Shown here: positions 27,336-40,679 of the stretch, in pieces | How positions within the stretch are numbered: position 1 is the first letter of the stretch | Layout of the letters: each line of letters begins with the position of its first letter | Source of the DNA: Eledone cirrhosa | Lineage: Eukaryota | Assembly: GCA_964016885.1 (NCBI GenBank) | Contig: OZ024745.1 | Coordinates: 124,310,001 to 124,374,000 of the forward strand | DNA length: 64,000 nt | Direction: 5' to 3' | Position numbers and translations under genes: made by a program | The notes under the pieces: model-generated | What the model was told of the DNA's origin: nothing | Seen by the model: only the letters and a program-made list of their open reading frames with translations | Databases searched by the model: none

Positions 27336-28559
27336 ATATGTACATACATGCATATGTACATACATAACTACATACATGCATACATATGTACATGCATAAC
27401 TACATGCCTACATACATACATAACTACATGTCTACCTAACTACTTGCATATGTACATACATACATATGTACATACATAACTACATACACATATACCTATG
27501 TACATACATAACTACATACCTGCATACATGCATAACTACATGCCTACATAACTACATGCTTACATACATACATATACATAATGGCAGCACACCAATGGTA
27601 AGAATTACCATTATTTGGTCCTTTCCTTACATATGGGTGGTATGGAAATGACTTTTTAGTAATGCAAGGACTTGCATCTCTTTCTGCATATGCTGTACCA
27701 AAAAACGTTAATTCCAATTTGGTCCCAATTTCTTTTTAATGACCTTTCAAATGACATTGAAATTCCCCTGATGGATTCCTTTTTGGAAATATGCTGCACA
27801 TTGGACTTGATAATCAGTCTGGCTAAGACGCTTGTTATGTATCAACTTGCTCTGAGCAAGGACTTCACTGAGCCAAGCATTTATGTGAATGGCAACACTT
27901 TTTTGATGATGAATTCTCTTTATGAATAAATAAAACGAGTGACACATTTGATAAATTAGATGTGTATCTCTGCTGTCAATGTGGAATTTCCTTTGATATA
28001 AAGTTAAAGACCTACAAACATGTATATTATCTTTAGTGAACATGGGACATATCCTATCAAAAGTATCCCTTCTCATACCAACCAGCTCCAACTACCCTCT
28101 GGTTTTATAAAACAAAAGTACCAATCTTAAAGTTTCCTAGTTTAATTAAAATCTTTCAACATAATTTGATGTAAGAGCCCGTTGTTATATTATGTTACAA
28201 ATACAATCTTAACAATAAAATAATTAATAATTTTAGTACATCTCTCCAAATTCTTCAACAATTAACTTAAATACTATGATTTTCATAGAAATCTGTTCAC
28301 AAAAAGGATAATGTTCTTATATGTAAAACCCATGGACATATATATCCTATACTCACAGATCCATAAAGAGTTTACACTATTTCTTTACAATAATTAGATC
28401 TGTAAAGCTTCAGCCTAACTTTGCTGAAAATCCCTTAAAATATGGCAAATATGATACTTATATCTATATGATCTATTTTTTCTTATATGTTTTCTTAAGT
28501 TCAAGCAGTACCAGATTTGACCAAATTATGATGATATCTTTCTGTAAAACAATGAGTTA

Positions 28560-29250
28560 TCATCATCATCATCATCATCGTCATCGTCGATTTACATCTA
28601 TCTTCCACGCTAGCATGGGTTAGATGGGTTTGTCCCAAATAGAGGCAATTTGGGTTGGCTGACCATTTCTCGCTCATATAGGAGAGTTCATGGCTGGCTT
28701 TCTATGGCTGGATGCCCTTCCTAACGCCAACCACATTTACAGTGTGTGCTGGGTGCTTTATGCCGTGTCTTTTATACATCCACTTTACAGTGTGGACTAG
28801 GCACCTTTGTTGTGTCACCAACACAACACAGTGGAGACTAGGGAGGGTGGAGGGCTTGGAGGAAAAAGATGTGGACAGGAAGGTAGTAGGAGAGATATGG
28901 TTACTGCTAAGAGAGGTGAATGAGAAGGGATAGCAGGTTGAGGAAGGTGTTGACTACTAGTTATAAACCTCATCCCAAGAGCAATAGAGGGCGGGTTTTC
29001 CGTAAAACTGCATAGCACCAGAGGTCGCGGCCCTGAGTCATTGCTTTTGAGAGGGGTAATTGTGCAAGGTCAGCTTTTATTACCTCATCCCAAGTCTTCC
29101 TAGGCCTGTCCACACTATGGCTACTATTAACTTTCAGCGTTCTGCACATTATTATATAGCTGTCGTCCTTCATACACATCACACGTCCATACCAATGCAA
29201 TCTCCTCTCCTGCATGCAGCAACTGATCCCTCTTAAGCATAAAGACAATA
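28560..29250 (-). mobile_element. RTE LINE 3' end
   Basis: RRLHWYGRVMCM...RPRKTWDEVIKADL...DLWCYAVLRKTR, then the 3'UTR and (GAT)n tail. Confidence 0.9.
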
Positions 29251-29329
29251 ATGTGATACAATTTAGAGAAAATTACATAAACAAAAAATATCGAGGCATC
29301 CATTTATAAGCAGAAACATTGCAGTATCA

Positions 29330-29526
29330 TAAAAGATTTGCTTTGCAACCACATGGTTGTAAAGTGGACATGTAGGCGCCACGGAAAAAAAGTACCCAGC
29401 ACAGCACACACTGTAAATGAGGTTGGTGTTAGGAAGGGCATCCAGCTGTAGAAATCAAGCCAGAATCAGTTCCTGTCCCACCCTTGCAAGCAGACGTAAA
29501 ATGATGATGATGATGATGATGATGAT
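29330..29526 (+). mobile_element. Deleted copy of the tRNA/RTE-tail SINE
   Basis: Matches 21790-22000. Confidence 0.75.
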
Positions 29527-31262
29527 ATGTATGTATGTGCCAGTGTTTGTTTACTTACTGTGATGTAGTGGTTTGAGAAAAGGTGATTGATAAAATATGT
29601 ACCAAGCTTGAAAAATATAAATGTAGTAGTATTGAAATGATCGACCAATTCCCACAAATGAGTGAAACTAGTAAAATAGTAAAAGAAAATAATAATCAAA
29701 TATATGTTATATTAAACACCATTGCAAAATTGTAAAACTTGACACATGTAGAAAATAAATGTAGGATATCTTATTCTTTACACAATTTGAAGTTGCTAGT
29801 TTTAGAGTTGGACTTTGAAATAAACAGCTAATGTTCTTGCCTTGCACTAACAACTTTTACAAGCATACTCTGCTTTTGAAGATATAACTGAAAGAAGCAA
29901 TGCTAATAAATGATATTCTTGTGGGTGTCTTTCTGAATAAATATTCTGTCAATAAAAAAAAAACTCCATAAAATTCCGTACATCACTCTGTCGATTTATT
30001 TCGTTTTTTATATGGTTTTATATGCCGTTGATTTGCTTATTTTGTTTTATTTCTTAAGTATATATATCATAAATGATGGGCTGTGAAAAAATTGCTTTTG
30101 ATGCATTTAAATGTTAGCTCGTAGAAGCTTAAATAATTGATGAGAAGGTATACTTGAGTAGAAAGGGAACTTCAACATATTTTATTTAGGATAAAAATAG
30201 TTTTGCTTAGATCACAAATTTGTCATCTTTAATTCTATTGTGCATCGTTATATCTCTTGGCTAAATAAAGACCCCTTCCAACATTTTGTTATATGTTAAC
30301 CCTTTTTTTTATCTAGCAAACAATCTCCTGAAGGGGAATCTGAAATTAAATTTTACTTTTATCAGAAAAAATATTCAAACATAACAGCATAATGGTAAGA
30401 CGAGTATTTTTGCTTCAAAATTTTAACAAGGCTATACAACAAATAAAAAAGTGAATGCCCTGGAGTCTATACATTCCACCATTTTCTTAGAGAAATGAAT
30501 AGAAAAATTTGCAAAAATAGTTTTAAGAAACTGCTGGAAATTCAATTAAATATGAAAGTAAGCAAATATTTTACATTGAGTGAAGCAGAGTTCAGCTGTA
30601 ATTAGGAAGAATCTGTTCATTACCCCATGAGCAAAGTTTGTTCTGATATGTTGCTTTACTGGTTAAAAAATCATTTATTTATGCTACTATTGATTATTAA
30701 TACACATTTACTGAAGGAATTGATAAAAGATAGTTTATTTACTTACTCGCTGTGTTAATTTTTTTCTTTTTCTTAACTGTGCATGATTTTATATCAATAG
30801 AAGTATTTTGTTACATTAAAATAATTGTAGAGTAAAATATATACAAACACATAAAAATAATAATAAAACGATATAAAAAAATATAGAATTGAAAAGATTT
30901 TATAAACAATCTTTTTAGCAATCTCACATGTATCTATAAATTATGCTATTGAAAAGTAGAATGGCTTCGAGTTCAATATTCATGCAAACAACAGCATCAA
31001 AGAGGGAACACCAAACTTATCACCTGACCAGTAATCAAATCTCCCTCAATCAACTGTCTGCTGTCTTAAAGAAAACTATATTGGACAATGAAGTTACTAA
31101 TTTACACACTACAGGATGGTCATCGTTGAAATGCATTTCATCATAGACTGCTCAAACTGGTTGACTTGGTGGAAAACAAAAAAACAGCCATATTTTACTC
31201 GAAAATCCTTTTTACACATTTTAGCCCTCACCTTGTTTAAGGAAAGATATAGTCATAATATA

Positions 31263-31876
31263 TCTAAAACAGAGAATGTCTGTCTGTCTGACTCCCTAAA
31301 ACTCGAGAACCACCCAACCGATTGTTTTCAAACTTTACACATGTAATACTTATGGTCCTGTGAGTGTTTTGAGCAAAAGAAATTTCAAATTTTCAATGCC
31401 CTAGCGACCGTATTAGGTGATTTAGCGATCTCTCTCTATAATTCTTAGTCTTTCTTTTTAGATAGATACAAAGATATGACATTGCACCCTTATAATATCT
31501 GTCTGTATGTCTGGCTCTCTGCATTACAACATTATGACGCTATATGTGTGTGTGTGTATATATGTATATATATAGTGTGTGTATATATATAGTGTGTAAC
31601 GTTTTTCGAAATATTTATTTCTGTGTTCACAGATTGATTTTTTTAGTTTCAGAAAATCCCGTTAAGTTCAAAAACAGCGAGTCTTTGCTTAAACTTTAAT
31701 CTGTTATTTTAATATATATATATATAATTATATATTCGTGTACAGATATTTTTGCATACACAATAACAAAATATAAATAAACGTATTTATTTCACGAGGC
31801 TCGATAAGGATAAATATATATCAAATATATAAGAACCCTAGAGCAAATCCCGAGCAACGCCGGGCCATTCTGCTAG
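31263..31876 (+). mobile_element. Non-autonomous Helitron
   Basis: A|TCTAAAACAGAG...(GTCT)n at the 5' end. 3' hairpin cccgagcaacgccggg followed by attctgCTAG|T. Confidence 0.85.
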
Positions 31877-32170
31877 TAACGACTAAAGGAGGCTCAGAAG
31901 AATATGCATGGCCTTGAACAAGCTGTTTGTCTTTGAAATAATTTGTGTTGTTTTCTTTGTTATATTTTGCAAATAATTTAAAGACTTCACTTTGCATGTA
32001 GCTCTGTTATTTGTATCCAGCATTCCTTTTCAACGTTATGTATATTTTAAAGTTCCGATGTTTCAATAGCAAAGTCAGTGGTGTTGAGTTCCCATATTAA
32101 AGCTCAAGCAACTGTACCACATTATGTGACTTTCTATCATCCAAACATTACAGCCCATATGAATCCTTAA

Positions 32171-32393
32171 CCCTTTAGCATTTACATTACTCTATATATA
32201 CTATTATATTTTCATGGTAAAGGCTTTATCTCACATAAATATCTCACATAATATCGAATCTATGAGATTTTGAAAGTATTTATTTTGAGAACAATACCTT
32301 AACATCAGTTTGAGTGACCAGTTACAGCCAGTTTCAACAGAAAAAGGTAGAGAAGAATTCTGGCTGGTTTTGGCCGGTTTGATCATTAAAGGG
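32171..32393. mobile_element. piggyBac-like MITE
   Basis: TTAA|cccttta...taaaggg|TTAA. Confidence 0.85.
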
Positions 32394-32429
32394 TTAAACT
32401 CAACACCTTAAGCTGTGATCTATGTTATG

Positions 32430-33305
32430 GATAGCCTGTTTCATTATAATCTTTCTTAAAATTCCTTTAAAAGTTTCATATATAATGTAATTAGATGTTT
32501 ATGACACAGTAGGGAAACAATTCATGATATGTTTCTAGTAGTGACAACATATCAAGAGTGATACAATTTAGAAATGACATTTAAGATCATTCAATTGTTA
32601 AGGTATCTGATGGCATTGCAGTGTTGAATCTAAGTATATTTTCTCTATAACCCCCGTGCTGGTATTGGTTTGTATACTTTCAAATTACTGTGTTATATAT
32701 GAGAGTTGATTGGAACTAATTTGTATATGTGGAAACATGTAATGTGGTAGTAATTTTGGAGTATTCTATTACCTTAATTTAAGACCACCAAATGTACTGT
32801 CTTCTATTCTGTTCATAAATACCTGCTATATCCCAATTGCCAAATTTCCTAAATATTTTATTGAATATTATAACCAAACTCAAGGAATACCCTTTTTGCC
32901 AACATCTTTCCAATTCTTGCATTCTTGCAAGGTTTACAAAGGTTATAGGCTATCTATGGTTTTAATATATTTATTGTGTTCTAGTGTAGTATACTACTCT
33001 ACAGGATGAAACTATTTTACAATACTACAGTTTTATATGTCTAAGAAATAAATCACTATTTCTATGAATAGCTGTGATGTGACATTAATGGTCTAGGTTA
33101 AAATACAGATTTTGAAACACTTTTGAATATAGAGCTAATCAAAGAACTTAACTTTCCTATAATTATTTGCTTTAATCAGCTGATTAGTAAAAGAGAATCC
33201 TTCCGATATTTCTATTGGAATAGCTATTATTAAAATTTCCCTTCTAGTATCCATTTCTGAATAATTTCCTGTTGGCTTAGAAATATACTGAAGAATAAGA
33301 TTATT
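32430..33305 (-). pseudogene. Possible fossil ORF (~290 codons, no frameshift needed)
   Basis: LILQYISKPTGNYSEMDTRREILIIAIPIEISEGFSFTNQLIKANNYRKVKFFD*...VFMNRIEDSTFGGLKLR**NTPKLLPHYMFPHIQ. It diverges from a + frame at ~33460-33895. Confidence 0.3.
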
Positions 33306-34759
33306 ATAATTTTAAAGAAAAATTAAAACAATTTTAAATATAATAAAATCCACAAACTTAAGATAATTGGCTAGAAATTATATTCTAAAACTTTGGCACA
33401 AGCAAAATCTATATATGAGATTTTCTGTAAAAATCTTGAAAAAACAATAATTGTTTTAAGGTGTGTTTTTGCAGTTATACACATCTCACAATCCAAATTA
33501 CAAAACAACGAAGAACATTGATATTACAAAACAACTAAGAAAGAAAAGAACACTATTGGAGACAGTTTCGTTTGTAATTACTTTCAATTACAATGCAAAG
33601 AAAGTAAAACAATCCATTGGAAATTTTGTTTTCAGTGTTGCAGTGAAGAATTTTGTCTTAGCAATTTTGAAATAATTTAGCATTTCATTGATATGGCTAG
33701 AAGATTTAGCTGAAGGAATTGTGATCATTAAAGTCATGCTAAAAAAAAACAGTCTTATATGTTCAAATTTTAATATTTACATTGAGCAAAATGAGAAGAA
33801 AAGAAGACATTGATTTACATTCTAAATTTTGAAAACTGCAATATATAGTAGGCAAATTCAGACAATTTGCATCAATATTTATATCATCTATTTAATCTGG
33901 AAGAGCAAAATTAGAGGTTAATAGAAGCAAAGAAATATTATTTACATTTTGGAACAATTTCTGTTGTTATATTTATCTTTTTTGTGTTGCTGGAAAATAG
34001 GCTGAAGTGCTGAAAGTATGCGATTTCTTGTAGATAGAAACATTTCCAAAGAAAGTATAGTAATTTGCAAGGACAATGAGATATATAAGCAGTGATTAAC
34101 ACAAACATCCACATATATAGAGATACATTTAAAATACATACAAATAAACGCACTGATAAAGAAAGTGTATATACACACGCACACATACACACACAAGTAT
34201 ATATATTACATAACACCATACAACATATGGATCAAATACATTAAATACACATACTTACATAAGTATGTATAAACGTATTTAAATCCTACACAAATATAAA
34301 CATATATATATAAATATATACACACACATATGCACATATGTACACTGAGGATTTTTTTTCCATGGTAAGCAAGAAGAATGTAATTTTATTTTTGATGACT
34401 GATTTTTTTATTGTAACATCTTAACTGCTATAAAATACTTAATATTATTCACACTAAATACATTAAATCCTGGTTTATTATTCCTCACTATTTCTGTGAG
34501 GATTTTTTCTCAACATGGTATCATTATCATCATCCTCAACATCATCTATTTTTCCATGTTTGAATGGGTTAGCCAGGTTGTCATACTATGAGACAATTCA
34601 GGTCAGGTGACCACATCTTACTCACACACATCTGTATTTTGTCTTAGTTTCTATGACTAGATGCCCTGTCTAATGTCAACTATGTTACGATGTGGACTGG
34701 GTACTTTTTACTGTGGAACTCAAACAACCATCTAACAGGAGGAACTGAATGCTTTGTTT

Positions 34760-34945
34760 TCCAGTCTGAAAATAGCTGTTGAAATGGCAACAGCTCAGCC
34801 GTTGGGTCCAAGACTCTTTATAATATAACGCTACTCTACTACTCCAAGTATCGTTTATTCTGTTGAGTTTAACCAGTTTCAAACTGATTCCATCCTGATA
34901 CATAGCTGTCGAAATGGCCAGAGCTCAGACATCGGGGTCCGGAAT
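34760..34945 (+). mobile_element. (TA)n-abutting element with tandem ~48-bp repeats carrying degenerate hammerhead halves
   Basis: atagctgt(t/c)gaaatggc...agctcag...gggtcc occurs twice. Homologous to 49130-49285 (-). Confidence 0.6.
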
Positions 34946-35275
34946 CTTTTCGTATATATATATATATATATATATGCAAACTATCAAAACAATGTGTAAT
35001 TTCAAGTCATTAAAAAAATCTAGGAATCCAAAATGCAGAAAATAACTGTAATAGCAGTTGATTGCTTTAAATAATGGTTTAGAAAATGAGGTCAAATACA
35101 CCTATGTTGGAAAAAAGAAGCATGCAGCTGCTTGGAGGAATCAAATTCAATATCTCTTGAATTCTAGCCGAGTGTTTCAACCATTGAGCTAAGGGGCCCC
35201 TGGTCACTGATTTTGACTGAATTAACTATACTGAACAGCTAGTATGTATGTATATATAAATTTATTTATATATAT

Positions 35276-35306
<31 letters not shown>

Positions 35307-35312
<6 letters not shown>

Positions 35313-36150
35313 ATACTTGGGGAGGGTCATATTTGCGTAATATTGCCAGAATTAATAACAGAACACACTCACTGTTTGGTTGATTTTCGCTTCTCGCTGT
35401 CTTTTATATCTGCGATCTAACTTACTCGGTCCTCAATGTTGCCATTGACTGACCGACGGTCAAAAATAATACAGATACAATATAGACACAAACGCATATA
35501 TATAGTTTACATAATTTACATAAATCTTTCGTTGCACATCTGCAACATCGTCAGTGGTGTTATATTTTTTCCTCCTGTTGTGTTGTATGTCTACGCCATT
35601 TTTTATTCAGTCTGTCTATATATTTATTTATTTATTTGCTTGTTTGTTTATTTTATTTTGTCTTCTTTGCGCATGCGTTTGCGTGTGTGTATAGTGTTAT
35701 GTGTGCTGTGTGACTAGTGTGTATAGTGTTGTGTCTGCTGGGTGACTAGTGTGTGTTTATGTGCTTGTTGTTATTGTGCTTGTGTATGTATTTATTTATC
35801 TTATTTTATTTTATTTTAACACAACAGGAGGAAAAAATATAACACCACTGACGATGTTGCAGATGTGCAACAAAAGATTTATGTAAACTATATATATGTG
35901 TTTGTGTCTATATTGTATCTGTATTATTTTTGACCGTCGGTCAGTCAATGGCAACATTGAGGACCGAGTAAGTTAGATCGCAGATATAAAAGACAGCGAG
36001 AAGTGAAAACCAACCAAACAGTGAGTGTGTTCTGTTATTAATTCTGGCAATATTACGCAAATATGACCCTCCCCAAGTATAACAATATCTGTTTCGACAC
36101 ACGATTTCATATAAAAAACCTCGCTAAACTAATTCATCGCCGCTATATTT
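35307..36150 (+). mobile_element. Fold-back Penelope-like remnant in (TA)n: ~275-bp inverted arms plus 3' tail
   Basis: 35307-35584 is the reverse complement of 35818-36088. The arm contains CTGACGA-t-gttgca-gatg-tgcaac-GAAA (intact on - at 35527-35554). No local stem III or cleavage strand found. Confidence 0.75.
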
Positions 36151-36499
36151 ATATATATATATATATGTATATATGTATATATATGTATGTAAAAGGTAAA
36201 CAGAAATAACAACACAATCGGTACAGTATATGGATGGTATATAATATATATATACAATATTATATACTCACATACATACAAATAAACACACACACATATA
36301 TATGAAATCTATTTACCTTTCTTATATATATTTTCAATATTTTGTTCTGAATTGTTGTGATTTGTAAAAGATACAAAAGCTGAACAAACACAAGCAAATA
36401 GAAGCTAGTGGAGGATTCATATTAATATTGCTTGATTTGTTAGAGATAGCAATGAAACCTCCTCCAAATCACACCCTACTATCTGAAAAAAATGCTCAA

Positions 36500-37045
36500 T
36501 TATTACCGACCTGTTGCTAAATAACAAGAACACAAGCAAAGAAAGTTAAACGTGTATTCTGTATTCTTATATTGTAAGCTATATTTGCTGATGTCTTTTC
36601 AAGTGAGACATAATTTACTATAAATGTGACATTCTAACCAAAAGACATTCAGTCTCCTTAATACATTCCGACACAAAGACAATGAACCATGAAATACATT
36701 GTTAGACTTGAGAACATTTTGTATCAGTTACTAATGCATGAGTTGCCATGTGTAAGTTAGAATCAACCAATTATTGTATTTCTGTTGTACATTCTTATAA
36801 GTTGGATATCAACTTAAATATTTTTCTTTTTTACAAATGCTTTGTGTTTAATAATTTTTTTCGGCCAATGATTGCAACATCACGAATTCAAATTCTCTGA
36901 GTGCCATTAAACAAAACACATTACCATATTTGTGTTATATCCTGTCTATGAAATCTGCAGATGGTGAGTTGTTAGAGTATTAAAGAAATTTATGATAAGT
37001 CAGCAGTTCATATTCTGTCCCTATTTCTGGTTTGTTTTCAGAGCC
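36500..37045 (-). pseudogene. Possible fossil ORF (~180 codons)
   Basis: GSENKPEIGTEYELLTYHKFL*YSNNSPSADFIDRI*HKYGNVFCLMALREFEFVMLQSLAEK...VFHGSLSLCRNVLRRLNVFWLECHIYSKLCLT. Confidence 0.35.
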
Positions 37046-37182
37046 AAGAAAGCAAAAAGAAAACAAAAAAAAAAAAGTAAAAAAAAACAAATATAAGGAA
37101 AAGAAGACATGAAACATACAGCTCTCTACAATGTAAGTCTCTTTTTCAATGTAAGTCGCGTCCATCACATTCTCCACATTAA

Positions 37183-37806
37183 CCCTTTTGTTACCATATT
37201 GTTAATGAAACATACTACCTATATCTTTAATAATTGTTTCTACTTTTGGCACAAGGCCAGTAATAACCCAGTACATTACTGGTACTTTATTTTATCGACC
37301 CCGTAAGGATGAAAGGCAAAGTAAACCTCGGCGGGATTTGAACCTAGAATGGCAAGGGCCGTAACTCTATGCGTCAAAGCATGGCGTCCGATGGCTCTAC
37401 CGATACTGCCAATCCACCACCCTTATCTATATCTTTAATAATATAACTAATTTCCTCATTATATATTTGATATTTGGAGCATAAATTAAGGACGGTTCTT
37501 GCATAACATTATGATGGGAGAGTTTTAAATTAATATCAATTAATTGTTTCTACTTTAGGCACAAGGCCAGCAATTACGCAGTGCATTACTGGTGCTTTAT
37601 TTTATCCACCCCGTAAGGATGAAAGGCAAAGTCAACCTCGGCGGGATTTGAACTCAGATCGTAAAGGGACGTAACTATGCTGGAAAGCATGGCATCCGAC
37701 CCTCTACTAATACTGCCAATCCACTGCCCTCAATTAATATTTTGAAACAAACAGTTTTGTATCATAGAACCATGTTCGGCTTCAGGCAGCTTGTTATCAA
37801 AAAGGT
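37183..37806. mobile_element. piggyBac-like MITE containing two family-A SINEs (37229-37423 -, 37540-37731 -)
   Basis: TTAA|cccttttgttacc...ttatcaaaaaggt|TTAA. Both SINEs have TSDs (ctatatctttaata; aattaatat). Confidence 0.75.
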
Positions 37807-37876
37807 TTAACATTAAAACCAGAAAATTATAAACATTTTGTTAGTTTGCAATGCTAAGTTAAGTTTCTGTCTACAT

Positions 37877-39454
37877 CAGTGATTCCCAACATGGGGTGCA
37901 CACCTCCACAGGGGGCGATTTGAATATGTAAAGGGGCCATTTGAAAATAATGTTAATGAGAACAAACTTAAGGTTTTACTTTATTATTTTTACACCAAGG
38001 CAACTTTAGTACATATTACTGTCAGAAACTCCTGTCTCACCCCCTTCCTCATGTTACTGTGTATCTGGCACCACCTATACAGTACCTAGTGTCAGAAACT
38101 CCTGTCTCACCCCCTTCCTCATGTTACTGTGTATCTGGCACCACCTATACAGTACATATTACTGTCAGAAACTCCTGTCTCACACCCTTCCTCATGTTAC
38201 TGTGTATCTGGCACCACCTATACAGTACCTACTGTCAGAAACTCCTGTCTCACCCCCTTCCTCATGTTACTGTGTATCTGGCACCACCTATACAGTACCT
38301 ACTGTCAGAAACTCCTGTCTCACCCCCTTCCTCATGTTACTGTGTATCTGGCACCACCTATACAGTACATATTACTGTCAGAAACTCCTGTCTCACACCC
38401 TTCCTCATGTTACTGTGTATCTGGCACCACCTATACAGTACATATTACTGTCAGAAACTCCTGTCTCACCCCCTTCCTCATGTTACTGTGTATCTGGCAC
38501 CACCTATACAGTACATATTACTGTCAGAAACTCCTGTCTCACCCCCTTCCTCATGTTATTGTGTATCTGGCACCACCTATATGGTACACATTACTGTCAG
38601 AAACTCCTGTCTCACCTCCTCCACACATGTTACTGTGTATCTGGCACCACCTATATGGTACACATTACTGTCAGAAACTCCTGTCTCACCTCCTCCTCCA
38701 GACATGTTACTGTGTATCTGGCACCACCTATATGGTACACATTACTGTCAGAAACTCCTGTCTCACCTCCTCCACACATGTTACTGTGTATCTGGCACCA
38801 CCTATATGGTACACATTACTGTCAGAAACTCCTGTCTCACCTCCTCCTCCACACATGTTACTGTGTATCTGGCACCACCTATATGGTACACATTGCTGTC
38901 AGAAACTCCTGTCTCACCTCCTCCACACATGTTACTGTGTATCTGGCACCACCTATATGGTACACATTGCTGTCAGAAACTCCTGTCTCACCTCCTCCTC
39001 CACACATGTTACTGTGTATCTGGCACCACCTATATGGTACACATTGCTGTCAGAAACTCCTGTCTCACCTCCTCCATCACACATGTTACTGTGTGTATCT
39101 GGCACCACCTATATGGTACACATTACTGTCAGAAACTCCTGTCTCACCTCCTCCTCCACACATGTTACTGTGTGTATCTGGCACCACCTATATGGTACAC
39201 ATTGCTGTCAGAAACTCCTGTCTCACCTCCTCCTCCACACATGTTACTGTGTGTATCTGGCACCATCTATATGGTACACATTGCTGTCAGAAACTCATGT
39301 CTCACCTCCTCCATATGTTATAGTACATCTGACACCACCTACACCAATTTGTTTACACTTTACAGTTGATCATTGCAGTTTTCATATCAAAGAGGGGTGG
39401 CATAATTTTTTAGATGTTGAGGTGGGGCATGGTACACAAGATTGGGAACTATTG
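37877..39454. mobile_element. Non-autonomous hAT (Charlie-like) element enclosing a minisatellite
   Basis: TIRs cagtgattcccaa / ttgggaactattg (10 of 13 match). 8-bp TSD gtctacat / gtttacat. Confidence 0.7.
38008..39345. repeat. Minisatellite, 18 units of 70-79 bp
   Basis: Unit ~ tactgtcagaaactcctgtctcacc(cc)ttcctcatgttactgtgtatctggcaccacctata. Confidence 0.97.
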
Positions 39455-40679
39455 GTTTACATAAATGTAATCCATATTAGTCTGACATCTTATTTGAGAG
39501 ATATTTGTCTCATTACAAATATTTTCTTTCATTATTGACATTATAATTAAATTCGAGTTGACTGGACAGTAGAGGTTTGTAAGAGGGTTTGTATTTAATG
39601 TTATTTTATCTGACTTTAAAAGAAACAAAACAAACAGCATCGAATATTCTCACTTCAATGATTAGCATAAAAGAATGACATTTAACTATTAAAAAAGTTT
39701 GTCCTAAACATTTTATATAGCAACTATGCAAACGTGCAAAACTCATCTTAGAAAGGAAATAATAGGTATGTTCGGTTTGCTTAATTGAAGTGAACTAAAT
39801 CAAGGTACCACTGTCCCTTCATATTACATTGGTTAATTATAGGAAATTCATCCATCTGTGAAACTCTCGCTTCAAAAGTTTTGCAAATATCCAAGTTTTT
39901 ATAACAATGCAAATTATGCTAGATTGGAAAATTGGATAGACAAATCATTGATAAATAAAATATGTAAAAATGTTGAAAGGAAAAACGAAAAATTACTATG
40001 TGGTTATAAAATGGTAGAAGATTTATATGTTGTCTGATTTAACATCATCATAGGGTCTGTGGGGAATTTAAGAGATTCTGCTCTGTTGCAAACATTCAAG
40101 CTAGATCTCATGTCTGAGAATATATTTCTCCCATTCCCCCACCAGTCTTAGTTACAACGGAAAAGGATCAAGCCATAAAAACGAAGTCAGCTTCTGAATT
40201 ACGTTGTTTCTAGTTTGATTTTACTGCATAGTACATTAGAAAAATCTCTTCTAGTATAATAGCTTTGGATAGATCAATATGTTGTAAGTGTAATTTGGTA
40301 GACAGAAACTGTGCAGAAGCTCATCGTACACACACATTCACAAACACCACACACACATATATATATATATGTATACTAACAGTGTGACTTGGTGTTGACG
40401 AGGTATTGAATATATAGAGATTAAACAAACACATTTTTGAAACACATAATGTACTTAACTTATTTCATGGATTTTCTTATAGAGGTTATGTTTTGGATGC
40501 CAAGAGTGTGTATAATAACTATGCTAAAGAACTGCTGGCCAACAATTCTATTTTCTTAGAATACTTTCTAATACTGCCTTCTCTAATGCCTTTGTCTTCT
40601 TGCTTTGCTTGCTTTACTTTCATAATTTTTCTCAAGCAAAGCAACTCATGTGGAATAAATTGAGCTTCCTGGTATGACA

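Noticed and set aside
38059-39538. Three overlapping 400-469 aa ORFs; also considered as a CRISPR-like array
   Set aside because: They result from a stop-free tandem unit open in all three + frames. The units have no unique spacers, there are no cas genes, and the context is eukaryotic.
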